A stretch of 64,000 bases of DNA from the NCBI RefSeq assembly GCF_964188315.1, contig NC_135659.1, forward strand, positions 80,662,001 through 80,726,000. The letters run 5' to 3'. Positions 1 through 10,719 of this stretch are shown here, piece by piece. Position numbers and translations under genes: made by a program. The stretch's first letter is position 1, and each line of letters starts with the position of its first letter. The notes beneath the pieces were generated by a model. The model was not told the DNA's origin and searched no databases. It was given only the letters and a program-made list of their open reading frames with translations. The DNA comes from Podarcis muralis (lineage: Eukaryota).

Positions 1-257
1 TGTGTGTGCACAAGAGCTGAATGTTTTTAAGATTGGAAAGGGGGCTTGAGCAAAATTGGAGATTGGCTGCATATCTAGCAACCTGTGCTGCTGTTTCTGT
101 ATACTTCTGAACAAATGTTTGTGGCAGGATATAAATGAACTAAAAATACATAATTGCAGTTTACAAGGGAGCAAGAAACCAGTCTATAACATAATTACTT
201 CTCATAATCTATGCAAGACTGTTACAGGAAAATGTTCCTTGCCCACCAGTCAGGTAC

Positions 258-317
258 CACTTTGTTTTTGGTGCAAATACAGAATAAAGGCCTAAAAGTG
301 ATGGTAGTTACAGACCC
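258..317 (-). other. Candidate internal (probably non-coding) exon of a minus-strand gene
   Basis: Minus strand reads ttttctgttctcactcacttgcag|GGGTCTG, a good polypyrimidine tract, ctcac branch-like motif and AG acceptor at 318-319. The donor is uncertain (AAAGTG|gtacct is weak). No ATG in the exon. Confidence 0.3.
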
Positions 318-747
318 CTGCAAGTGAGTGAGAACAGAAAATTAGTCTTTCCATTTTGGAAAACTGCTACACTGTATGTTGACTGTTATTTATTTATTTC
401 ATAAATTTTATACACCACTTGATTGTTTAAAATAAACTCAAAGTATAAAACAACAAATTTATCAATAAAAATACCATTAAAATTCTGTAAATCATTCAAA
501 ACAAAACAATAAACTAAGAACTAACACATTAATAAACGTACTCTTCAATTGAAACAAAATGTTCAAAGTGGAACAAATGTGCAAAAATTATTTACAGCTG
601 GCAGATGTGTTACCTATTGTTAACCATAATAACCAGTTTTGGTTTTCCCCGTGCTCAGACATAGTTAACATTTGGAAGGATGATCCTGTGCTTCAGTAAT
701 GAGAAATGAGCTGCACTGAGTTCAAGGGGCATTATTTCCAATTAGGA

Positions 748-880
748 GATGGTTGGACAGTGTTCTCGAAGCTACCAGCATGAGTTTGACCAAACTGTGG
801 GAGGCAGTGGAAGACAGGAGTGCCTGGCATGCTCTGGTCCATGGGGTCACGAAGAGTCGGACACGGCTAAACGACAACAA
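748..880 (+). mobile_element. BovB/RTE LINE 3' end fragment
   Basis: ...gaagacaggagtgcctggcatgctctggtccatggggtcacgaagagtcggacac... with (aac)n tail; near-identical to the copies at 1997-2180 and 36727-36813. Confidence 0.85.
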
Positions 881-1685
881 GGATTGTACTCTTTAAGTCT
901 TTTTTTCTTTTAAACCAAAGGTCTGGAAACTGTCAAAAGCACGAGGATACCACTTTGCTGGAGCTATGCAAATCAGACAGGCCAGCACCTGGATGCAACA
1001 CCAATTAAGGAGCACATGTGTTGCCTTGCATTCTATGATGGAAGAAAGGCAGGTAAAAAATGCAGGAAAATGAATTGACTATAGATAACTATATATTGTG
1101 TAAAATCATTTAAGTGTTAAGATATATATCTATATAACACTTAAATGATTTTACACAATCTATAATAAAGAGTAGATAACTACAAAGTTTTTAAAATGTA
1201 AAGAAGCAAAAGAAAACTACATATTAGTTGTGGGGAAGGAAGGTTGAGCCCATGTTCCAAATAGGCCTGCCACGCTATACACTCACTTGTTGTCATGTCA
1301 GATGTGGAGATCCGAGCACTAACACAGAAGTTGCCAATACCTCCTATGGTGCCCATGAAGTCTCAGTAAATATCTCCTCAAATTCGCAATGCACTGGCTC
1401 TGCCTCTTTTTCACTGAACACCCACCATTTTGCAGCCATGTCTCTTTTCTGCTCTTTTGCCTGTGGCAAGAATTATGTGCCATCCTACACCACCAGGGCA
1501 GTCATTTCTCAAAATCCCAAATATATCTTACCAGCATAGAAAGTTGGCAACTTATGCACTAAGGTCAGAGGCAAACTTATCTCTGCTTTTAGCTCTGTGG
1601 TGCTTAGTGCTAACTTTGGGATAAATCTCTGCATGCTCAGACAGTAAACTGTCAAAAAGCAGATCTTTGACCTGTGGGTGAAGGC

Positions 1686-1821
1686 AGGGCTCCCCCCCCC
1701 CAAGCTGGAACTCACCAGAATTCCTGGACCTCTGAGGTGGGCACCATTGCCATTCTAAGAAAAAAAGGGAGGCATTCCATGGTGAGTTCCTGCACCTCTT
1801 TTTCTAGAAAAAAATGGCACT
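1686..1821. mobile_element. Degraded MITE, probably PIF/Harbinger-type
   Basis: AGGGC...GCACT ends with internal gctggaactc / gagttcctgcacctc inverted motifs; family assigned from memory of squamate repeats. Confidence 0.4.
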
Positions 1822-1996
1822 GGGAAGGGACCCCTGCAGAGATGATTTTGGGAGTACATAAGGAAATGGGAGGAAATGCAAGTTCCATTGCCCCAGAGAA
1901 ACCCCGCTGGTTAGCATTGGATGATGATGATAGATTCAGGTAGGTAGCCGTGTTGTGTGTGATGCAGTTGAAATTAAAAAATTGTCCAGTAGCACC

Positions 1997-2180
1997 TTGT
2001 TGTTTAGTTGTTTCCAACTCTTCGTGACCCCATGGACCAGAGCACGCCAGGCACTCCTGTCTTCCACTGCCTCCCGCAGTTTGGTCAAACTCATGCTGGT
2101 AGCTTCGAGAACACTGTCCAACCATTTCGTCCTCTGTCGTCCCCTTCTCCTTGTGCCCTCCATCTTTCCCAACATCAGGG
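1997..2180 (-). mobile_element. BovB/RTE LINE 3' end
   Basis: Encodes LMLGKMEGTRRRGRQRTKWLDSVLEATSMSLTKLREAVEDRSAWRALVHGVTKS, a typical BovB ORF C-terminus. Splits the Penelope motif gtagcacctt|agagaccaa. Confidence 0.9.
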
Positions 2181-2250
2181 TTAGAGACCAAGTAAAAACA
2201 AAAAAAATTCCTTCCAGTAGCACCTTAAAGACCAACTAAGTTAGTTCTTG

Positions 2251-2288
2251 GTATGAGCTTTCGTGTGCATGCACACTTCTTCAGATAC
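2251..2288 (-). ncRNA. Minimal type I hammerhead ribozyme (Penelope-associated), core intact
   Basis: Minus strand GUAU-CUGAAGA-A-GUGUGCAUGCACAC-GAAA-GC-UC-AUAC: stem I, CUGANGA, stem II, GAAA, UH cleavage site. Confidence 0.7.
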
Positions 2289-2309
2289 TCTGGCAACTTC
2301 TGTTTCAGT

Positions 2310-2347
2310 GTATCTGAAGAAGTGTGCATGCACACGAAAGCTCATAC
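2310..2347 (+). ncRNA. Minimal type I hammerhead ribozyme (Penelope-associated), core intact
   Basis: GTAT 2310-13, CTGAAGA 2314-20, stem II 2322-35, GAAA 2336-39, TC 2342-43, ATAC 2344-47. Confidence 0.7.
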
Positions 2348-2779
2348 CAAGAACTAACTTAGTTGGTCTTTAAGGTTCTACTGGAAGGATTTTTTTTTTT
2401 GTTTTGTCTATGGCAGACCAACACGGCTACCTATCTGTAAACAGAGACCAAGTAAGTTTGTTCTGGGTATATGCTTTCGTATAAGCTTGGGTATAAGCCT
2501 TGTTATCTGAAGAAATGTGCATGCACACGAAAACTTATACCCATAATAATAATAATAATAATAATAATTTATTTATGCCCCGCCTATCTGGCTGGGTTTC
2601 CCCAGCCAACTAATGGGCTTGATCCAACTAATGCAGTTCGCTAGGGCTCCTGCTAGCAGAATGGGACTTTCCCTTTCTCTCCTCCCACAAAACCAATGGA
2701 GGGAAAAACCCCAGAACGGCATGCAGAGGGAATGGGGTTTATTATTTTCACGTCACCACAAGGCTCTATATGTGGATCC

Positions 2780-3500
2780 TGATGCTCGAGGCTGCCGCCT
2801 CACCCTGCCTGTCCTAAACTCACCAATCTATTTTGCACAGCTGCCTTGACTCGGCTTGTTCTAACCACACACACACACCGCAAATCACACCACCCCGCCT
2901 CGTGCTGCCCTGGACACTTCCTAGCAGCGCCGTCGTGCGTCCGTTGCCCTCCTTCCAACAACCAGCTCGGCCCCCCCCCCCGCCGGCTACCACGGCAACG
3001 TGTGTCGTGTGGCCTATGGAAGAGCGAGACGGCGTGGAGTGACCGGGGCGTAGGGCGGGCCTTGTGTCAAGAGTTGTTCCCACAAGCGCGCATGCTCCGC
3101 CCGCCCGCCTTCCTGCCCATCATTCCGGGCGTTGCTGCGGTGGCAGAGCGAGGAGAGAGGGGCGGGGCCACGCCGGACTCTCCCGTCTAAACCGAGCGGG
3201 AAATTTCCCCGCTTATCATCCTTAGGAGAAGGGGCTCTGGGGGCGGGGGGGAGATTTGGAGGGAAACCCCTCCCTTTCCTCTCCTCGTGTCGTGATTGTC
3301 GTGATTCAGAGAGAAAAGCTATTGTCACAAGCAGCCGCTGTCCTCTGGCGCTACTTCCGTCTACTGTTGAACTGCTTTCTCTTGTCTCTGCTAATAATTT
3401 AGGATTTTTTAAAATATCATCATCGTCATCGTGTTGCTCTCGGATACAGCGATGCTACTCTGCGCACGTAAAGAATCATATCGGAGGGAGAATTTTTTTG
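2780..3500. promoter_or_regulatory. CpG island / promoter 1, probably of a minus-strand gene
   Basis: High GC and CpG. RFX X-box-like GCTACCACGGCAAC 2986-2999, NRF1-like GCGCGCATGC 3086-3095, GC box GGGGCGGGGC 3159-3168, GGGAAATTTCCC 3198-3209. Minus-strand donors TTG|GTGAGT (2824/2823) and AGG|GTGAGG (2804/2803). Confidence 0.7.
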
Positions 3501-3538
3501 GTGCTGGTGTGGTTCATTTTTCAGTCTGAGCCTCACTG

Positions 3539-3540
3539 TA

Positions 3541-3593
<53 letters not shown>

Positions 3594-4310
3594 ATACCCC
3601 ACCCATCTGGCTGGGTTTCCCCAGCCACTCCACTCTGGGCAGCTTCCAACAAAATATTAAAAATACAATAAAACATCAGACATTAAAAACTTCCCTAAAC
3701 AGGGCTGCCTTCAGATGTCTTCTAAAATCAGGCAGTTTATTTCCTTGACATCTGATGGGAGGGTGTTCTACAGGGCAGGTGCCACAGCCGAGAAGGCCTG
3801 CCTGGTTCCCTGTAGCTTTGCTTCTTGCAGAAGACCCTCGGAGCTCGACCTCAGTGTCCAGGCTCAACGATGGGGGTGGAGATGCTCCTTCAGGTATACT
3901 GGGCTGTGGCTGCTTAGGGCTTTAAAGGTCAGTGCCAACACTTTGAATTGTGCTTGGACACATACTGGGAGCCAGTGTAGGTATTTCAAGACCGATGTTA
4001 TATGGTCTCGGCAACTGCTCCCACTCACCAGTCTAGCTGCCGCACTCTGGATTAGTTGGTGTTTCCGGGTCACCTTCAAAGGTAGCCCCACGTAGAGCGC
4101 ATTGCAGTAGTCCAAGCGGGAGATAACCAGAGCATGTACCACTCTGGCGAGACAGTCCGCAGGCAGATAGGGTCTCAGCCTACGTACCAGATGGAGCTGG
4201 TAAACAGCTGCCCTGGATACAGATTTGACCTGTGCCTCCATGGACAGCTGTGAGTCCAAAATGACTCCCAGGCTGCGCACCTGGTCCTTCAGGGGCACAG
4301 TTACCCCTTT
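3539..4310 (-). mobile_element. L2 LINE 3' fragment with (TAA)n tail
   Basis: ORF 3864-4388 contains RSLGVILDSQLSMEAQV...SRLDYCNALYVGLP, the L2 RT C-terminal region; (TAT)n 3539-3591 at the 3' end. Confidence 0.9.
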
Positions 4311-4369
4311 TGCTTCTGGCTGCTGGATTTTGGGAGATTGGTTGAGGGTGGGGAGTAGGTATGGGCTTC

Positions 4370-4570
4370 TCCTGCTTTCTACATGCAAGCATTTTCAGGG
4401 AGCCCATTTTGGAGTGACCAGAGGAGAAATGATCACTGGGAGGAATGCAGAGAGAAGACACACCATAATGCACCTGTAGCAGCAAAACCAGGTGCCTTCA
4501 TCCCCTGCCCCACCTGCAATAAAACATGTCTTGTATTGGTCTCTACAGCCACAGCAGGTGCTGTAACTGT
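4370..4570 (+). mobile_element. Old RTE-clade LINE 3' end
   Basis: DQRRNDHWEE...AFIPCPTCNKTCL resembles the RTE C-terminal Cys/His motif region; frameshifted. Confidence 0.55.
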
Positions 4571-5448
4571 AGGCACACTATTCCATTGTGTCCTGAGGCA
4601 GATGGATTGCAGAAACAATAACAAGAATAAAGCAAGGAAACAGAAAATTCAGCTTCATATCTCTAAAATATAAGGAATGCACCCCCAAACAGAAGATGCT
4701 AACAATATAGTTTCTGTAATTATTAGGTGAATGTGGCCAGGGGCATTTTCCGTGTGGGATATAAAAGGGTGTTGGGTACTAACTGCTGCTTGTTTTGCAA
4801 TTTGTTGTGGTCCTAAAGTTTCACAAATAGGATCCTAGATGGATTTCCCCCCATAAGTAAGTACTCTCATATTCTTCTGTATCACATTATTTGTTATTGT
4901 GGAGCAAGTTTGTTTTTTACAGTGTGCTCCCAGCTGTGTCTTAGCAACAGATAGGAAGTGAGAAAAAAACTTTACGTAATGTAATTTGTTCTAGTTCTGG
5001 ACGAATGTCCAAGAGTGCTATTCCAGGGTACATTGTTAGAAGCTGGCCAGTAAATATGTGTTAAAACTTGAATACTGACAAAGCCATCACATGCGGATAA
5101 GATAACTTGTCTCACTTGCCAAAGAGCAAGCATAACTTTTTGGTTGTAAGCAGCACAGGATCTGACAGTCTTAAAAACAACTTCTGAATTTTGGTGCTTA
5201 TTTGTTTATTTGATCTTGAAAATGATTTAGTTTCTTCTTGCATGTGACCATCTTTCTGCCTATAACTTCTTAACACACCATAATACCTAATAAGTAACTA
5301 TATTTCCAATTAGTAAGTTATAAATAGTGGGACTTATGCTTGCCTTATGGTCACGTGTGGTATGCCACACTGGTGTGGCAGGAGAGGATGGCAAGTGTGG
5401 CAAGTAGATTTAAGGACAATCAAAGAAACATTTAAACATTTTAGTATA

Positions 5449-5682
5449 CAGTGGTACTTCGGGTTACAGACGCTTCAGGTTACGTGTTTTCGGGTTGCAC
5501 ACCGCGCCAAACCTTGAAGTACTGGAACGGGTTACTTCCGGGTTTGGCGCTCATGCATGTGCAGAAGTACTAAATTGCGCTTTGCACATGAATCGCAACC
5601 CGTGCTTGCTCCGGGTTGCGAACGCTGCAGGTTGCGAAAGTTCCGCCCACATGGATCACGTTCACAACCCGAGGTTCCACTG
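5449..5682 (+). mobile_element. Tc1/mariner (Tigger-like) MITE
   Basis: TA-CAGTGGTACTTCGGGTT...AACCCGAGGTTCCACTG-TA: terminal inverted repeats and TA duplication. Confidence 0.9.
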
Positions 5683-6269
5683 TATAGTATAGTATCAAAA
5701 TAACTTGTTTTATTTGCAGAATATGGATAGATATATTTTCAAAATGCAGCACTGCTAGGACTTTGGGGTTTTTGTTTTTTTTTGTCTTCCATTGTATTTC
5801 TTATCAATAAAAAAATTGGTGTGGCATGAGCAAATTTTTATTCTGGAAGTGTAGCACGAAGAAAAAAGTTTGAAAACCACTGCCTTACAGAATGACATGC
5901 GGCAAGTAATTTGCTCAAAATCAGTAATAATATGTAACTGGATTAAAAACATGGTCCATACAGACAGAACTTAAATCCACTGGAAGCAATTAGCTGCAAC
6001 TGATTTAGCCTCAAGCAGTTCAGAGGGAATACATTGACTTTTGCCTGGTATGTCTATAATACGAAAAGTCCTTCTGTTCCTCAAATGGGTAAAACAAGAA
6101 GCTATCCTCCTGTTTTAGCTCTGGGTGGTCAATAGTAGAAGCAAGGGGGAATACCTGAATAACTTGCTTCTTAGGCACCATCTGCATTACAGAGTTTCTG
6201 GGTCAAGCGCAAGGGAAGCCCCACATAGACAACATTGCAGTAATCTAATATTGACGTATCCAATGCATG

Positions 6270-6890
6270 CATGCAGCACACCATCAACTTCAAGGTTCAA
6301 GGCAAAGTTGAGCCCCCATTTATATTTCCCCCCTGCTCCTCTGAGTACTTCAGCTGTTTCTTTAAAGTTCCAGAACTTGGATCCTGTAGCAATGTTATCT
6401 GCTTTTCTTCCTAAGTAATTTGTTCTTTGATCCTCCTCTCTGCTTTCATTAATTCTTCTTTGATCATATAATTAGCAAAAGCTATTATTATATCCCTTGG
6501 TGGGGCACTTTCTTTTGTCTTTGGTCTCAAGCTGCAGTGGGCCCTTTTCGTATCTGTACATATAACTTGTATTTCAGTAAATACTTCCTTCCACCAGTCA
6601 GTTCGGAAACCAGTTGAAGCCATACAGTAATTGTAAATAGTTTTGGGATGTTGTAACATTCAAAATTTTGTCACAGTGGCGTAAACTCAAATCCAGTGAC
6701 ACAGTGACTGCTTCTCTACTCCCCCAACCTTCCCTGCCAAATCAATTATTTTATTCTCCAGGAATTTAAAGCCTTGCCAATTTCTTTTTAAAAAGTCGGT
6801 GAGCAGGTTGTTTATTTGAGTGGACACAGTTTCCAATGGAAGGTTTGCTGGGCCTGGATGTATTTTATCTTTGTCCAACTACATTTGGAT
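6270..6890 (-). mobile_element. Degraded L1 ORF1p-coding fragment
   Basis: RAHCSLRPKTKESAPPRDIIIAFANYMIKEELMKA resembles the L1 ORF1p RRM (RAHR...PR.IIV.F..Y..KE). It is followed by KEQIT..ITLLQD and a KYKWG-like CTD; stops and frameshifts present. Confidence 0.7.
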
Positions 6891-6959
6891 CTCCACTTTA
6901 TTCACATTGGTCAGAAATCCAAGATCACAACGGCTCTGTTCTGATTCACGCACACACTG

Positions 6960-8480
6960 TGGTTAAAAGTAACGCTCGCTCCTTTCAAAGCAGAAGCGAA
7001 GCGCTTCAGTCGAAGGGAGCGGCGAAAGGAACGCGAAGATGCCTTCACGGACGAGACTACAAATCCCAGAGGGCTTTGCGGAACGGGCGTAGACGAGACG
7101 CCGCGCGGCCACGTACAGCCGCGGAGTAACACAGGACCCCGACGTCCCTTCGAAGGCGGACGCTGAACTACAAATCCCAGCTGCCCACGCGCTTTGCCGG
7201 GCTGACTCCGGCTCTAGCTGGCGGCTGCTTCTGAGGAGGCTGGTTCCTATTTTAAATCCAGTCAAGAGATCAAAATGGCGGACGCGAGCTGAGCGTGAGG
7301 CGGGGAGGAGAGAGCGAGAGCGAGAGGGGGGCGCTGGGCAGAAGGCAACGCTCGGCTCTCCTTCTCCTTCTCCTTTTTCTCTCCGCCCCCCTCCCCTCAC
7401 AAATCCTCCGGTGAGTTGCGTTCAGACGTGGGGCGGGAGGCGAAACAACTGCCGCATATGCCGGCGAGGGTGAAACGGGTGAGGAGGGACGCCTGCTTTT
7501 CTCCCCCTTTTCCATTCCCCGCCTCGGGAGACCGGCCAGCCGAGGGGGCAGCCCTCTCTCTCGGGCGCCTCTTCCACAGGGGGGCGTCGTGGGGCTCGGG
7601 TGGCGGTTGAGAGAGCGAGCGAGCGGAGAGGAGGAAAGTGCAAGAAGAGGTTTTTATTATTATCATTGCCTCGGGGCGCTGCGTTTCTGCGGGTCTCTTC
7701 TTCGCGCGTCTCCGTATCTTCCCAGGACTTTTAAGGTGCCCGGAGGGAAGAGAAGAGGGGACTTTGAGAAGGCGGCTTTGCATGGTTTGTTGGTGGGGGT
7801 GGGATTTGTTTCCCCCTCGGCGTGCGTCGCGAGGGAGGGAACTTGTTTCCCTTTTCACGTGTATTTCGCCTTGCACGCCTTTCCACGGGCACTCGGGAGC
7901 AGACGCGTTTTGGAGGGACCCAAACCAAACCCGTGCGGTGGTTTCTGCTCCTCCTCCCTTGCTCAAGATCTGTTGCTGTTGAGTCTGGGTGGGAAAGGAA
8001 GGCGAGGGGCGGGGGCAGCGACTTAACTTCAGGTAAATTTGGGGACCGGTGGGTGGGGGAAACTCGCCCCCAGCATCGCCACCCTCCCTCCCTCTTTCGC
8101 CTGCCGGCTTGGTAAGTTTCAAGCGGGTAAGTCTCCTGCTTCGTTAACACGAGGGCGAGCGGGAGACGCTCTTGTGCTTTGGTCGGGACCCGGGTGAGAG
8201 GATGGATGCCTGGTGGCCGTTTGTGGTGCGTCTCCCAGCCATGGCGAGGTGGCTCTTTTCTTTTCTTTCCTTTCTTTTTTTGGAAGCGAGAAGCAGCAGC
8301 AGCTTCCGTCTTCCTGCTTGTTACCAACTGGCTGGGTAGGGAGGGCAGAGCGCTTGGGATAACTGCCCGACGCTGAAGCAACCCAGCGATTTATTTATTT
8401 GTTTTAAAGTTTTGCCTCGCTGTCCTGTGCAAGGTGCTGCTGCTGCCTTGGCTGCGGTTCCTGTGTTGTGTCTCTTTGCT
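6960..8480 (+). promoter_or_regulatory. CpG island / promoter 2 of a plus-strand gene with a long 5' intron region
   Basis: Dense CpG/GC. ACTACAAATCCCAG at 7056-7069 and 7167-7180; YY1 CAAAATGGCGG 7271-7281; several plus-strand splice donors; abrupt change to AT-rich intronic sequence after ~8500. Confidence 0.9.
7210..7410 (+). other. Putative non-coding first exon (5' boundary approximate)
   Basis: Ends in CCG|GTGAGT at 7410/7411. GA-rich leader downstream of the YY1 site. The only ATG (7275) gives MADAS-stop. Confidence 0.65.
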
Positions 8481-10096
8481 TTGCCAAGTTGCTTGGGGGA
8501 AAAGAAGACATTTGCTCCCCAGCCCCCTTTTCTTGTAGCGCAGCTTAATCGTGTTGTTTTAAAGGATAGGGTTGCTCTTCGAGATACTTTGCCTCTGACT
8601 TCAAATGATTAAAGTATGAAGAACATGTAAATACTGTATAACAGGTACCGACTGTATGACAAGCTCCGTTAATTATTGGCACTCCTGATAATAACATTGA
8701 AGAAAAATTGGACGAGCCTAGTCTTTCATATTGTATTGTGCCCACTGTCCAGATCACAGACTTAGCGAGTGGCCAGTTTGAGCACTTTAAATGGTAAAAG
8801 CACCCAGCAAATTCACCCTTAATGGTTGTTGGAGATGGGGAGGCATATCTTCCCAAAGTATTTTGGCTATAGGATTTGGGATTCTGAATGTTTAATGCTT
8901 AAATATGTTCCTTTATTTTAAAAGATGTCTTTTTGCGTTGTCTCTTTTTGAAATGTTATGTCACATTATGTTTTCTGGACAAAATAAAAAAGTTGCATGC
9001 AAATAATAACTATAATGAGGTAATACACTGGTGAGTGTGGTGATGTAGAGGGAGCCATGGTTTTGAACACACAAATGCTCAGTCTGCATTAGAACAAGCT
9101 GTTAAATTGCTGTTTCAAGCTAGGTTTGGTCTTTAAGTTTTTAAAATATTTAATATCTGTTTAAGTCTTATAAATTAATTAAAGCTATTTTGTATGCCTT
9201 TAACTGGGAAGTTGTCGTTGTAATATAATTTGTGTTCTGTGTGCAGTTGCTTATCAGATATGCACCAAATAGCTGAGCCAAAATGCAGACGAGAAGGGGA
9301 AAGCCCCTGATCACAATAGAATAAAAAGGAGCAGTATTCTTAGGTTGTACAGAGCTTAATAACACAGATGGTGTATAAAATGGGAACAAAAAAAGCCTGC
9401 CTTTTTGTAAATATTGGAGGGGAAACCCAAAATACACTTACTGAGACACTTGAGGAAAGGAAGGCATTGAACTCTATGTCTAAAAGGATATTGGACACTA
9501 GTCTGACATTGGAGGTTGCTTCAGGTCTTGCATATAAATGAGCAATATGAGCAGTAATCGAATATCTTATTTTTGCATTGTGTTCACATAGTGCTTGACA
9601 TGCTGCTATGATTATTCTGAATATAAAAAGAGAAAATACTATCTTTAGCATGCCAAATACTATTTCATTCTAGAGTTTGTAATTTTAAGAATGAGTGAAC
9701 ATTTTTTTTGGCATTGAGACAGTTGCTTACAAGTGACAGCTACCTATGAGCCTCTCAGATTGTATTATTATGCATTGCGAGATGTTCAGTTAGAATTTTT
9801 AACTGCAAAAAATGGGTGTGTGCACAAAATGGCTTTTAAATTTTTTATCAAGTAGGAGAAATAACTAATAACTATATGTTCTTAGTATGAAATGAAAGAG
9901 CTTTCCCAATAATTGAGAAATATGGCACAAGTAAAATAGTAGTAATCTGTACAGTCAAACAAAAAAAATTTGAATGTATCAGTCTAAATCAGAATTTAAA
10001 GATTTATTCAGGGATAAAATGTTAGAAAATGAATTGCCAATAGTATGTTAAAGTGTGTAATCTTTAATAATACATTAAAAACCTCTAATGTGTGTA

Positions 10097-10248
10097 CCGT
10101 ATTTTTTGCACCATAACACTCACTTTTTTCCTCCTAGAAAGTAAGGGGAAATGTCTGTGCGTGTTATGGAGGGAATGCCTACGGGTGGCATGCCTACGGA
10201 TTTTCCTCCTCTGAAAACTACGTGCGTGTTATAGAGCGAAAAATACGG
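10097..10248 (+). mobile_element. Short TcMar (Tc2/pogo-like) MITE
   Basis: TA-CCGTATTTTTTGC...GCGAAAAATACGG-TA; same terminal family as 22212-23452 and 49857-51623. Confidence 0.85.
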
Positions 10249-10254
10249 TAATCA

Positions 10255-10539
10255 AGGCTACATTATCTATACCCCTGACCATTAGGTCTAATCATGGCTG
10301 ACTCAGGTTGCGGTGCTCATCTCACTTTATTGGCTGAGGGAGCCTTCCGGGTCATGTGACCAGCATGACTAAGCCGCTACTGGCGAACCAGAGCAGCACA
10401 CGGAAACGCCATTTACCTTCCTGCTAGGTTGGCAGGAGCAGGGACCGAACAACGGGAGCTCACCCCGCCGCGGGGATTCGAACCACTGCCTTCTGATCGG
10501 CAAGTCCTAGGCTCTGTGGTTTAACCCACAGCGCCACCC
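10255..10539 (-). mobile_element. Sauria SINE with internal deletions
   Basis: Minus strand starts gggtggcgctgtgggttaaaccacagagcctaggacttgccgatcagaagg..ggttcgaatcccc (tRNA-like A/B boxes). Confidence 0.9.
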
Positions 10540-10719
10540 TTGTAGGAGTAATTTCCACTAAACTTATTGGGACATCTAAGTAAACAAGTATAGGATTGGG
10601 CTGTATGGCTATTGGTGCAAGCAAGAGGAGTGAGTGATGGAGGTCCCTTTTTAGGAAGTCCAGGTGCTCAGAAGCTGACCAAAGCCCTCTCTTTAGGAAA
10701 CACTACATTTGCTGGTAAG

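Larger units (their letters stand above)
1932..2542. mobile_element. Penelope-like element terminal-repeat (pseudo-LTR) cluster, partly inverted, interrupted by a BovB fragment
   Basis: Repeated ctgaagaagtgtgcatgcacacgaaagct..ataccaagaac..acttagttggtct.taaggt.ctactgga units in both orientations; same family as 10720-10931. Confidence 0.8.

Noticed and set aside
6963-8381. Many long overlapping ORFs (145-241 aa) on both strands over the CpG island
   Set aside because: Low-complexity R/G/P/A/S translations expected from GC-rich, stop-poor promoter DNA; no domain recognised.
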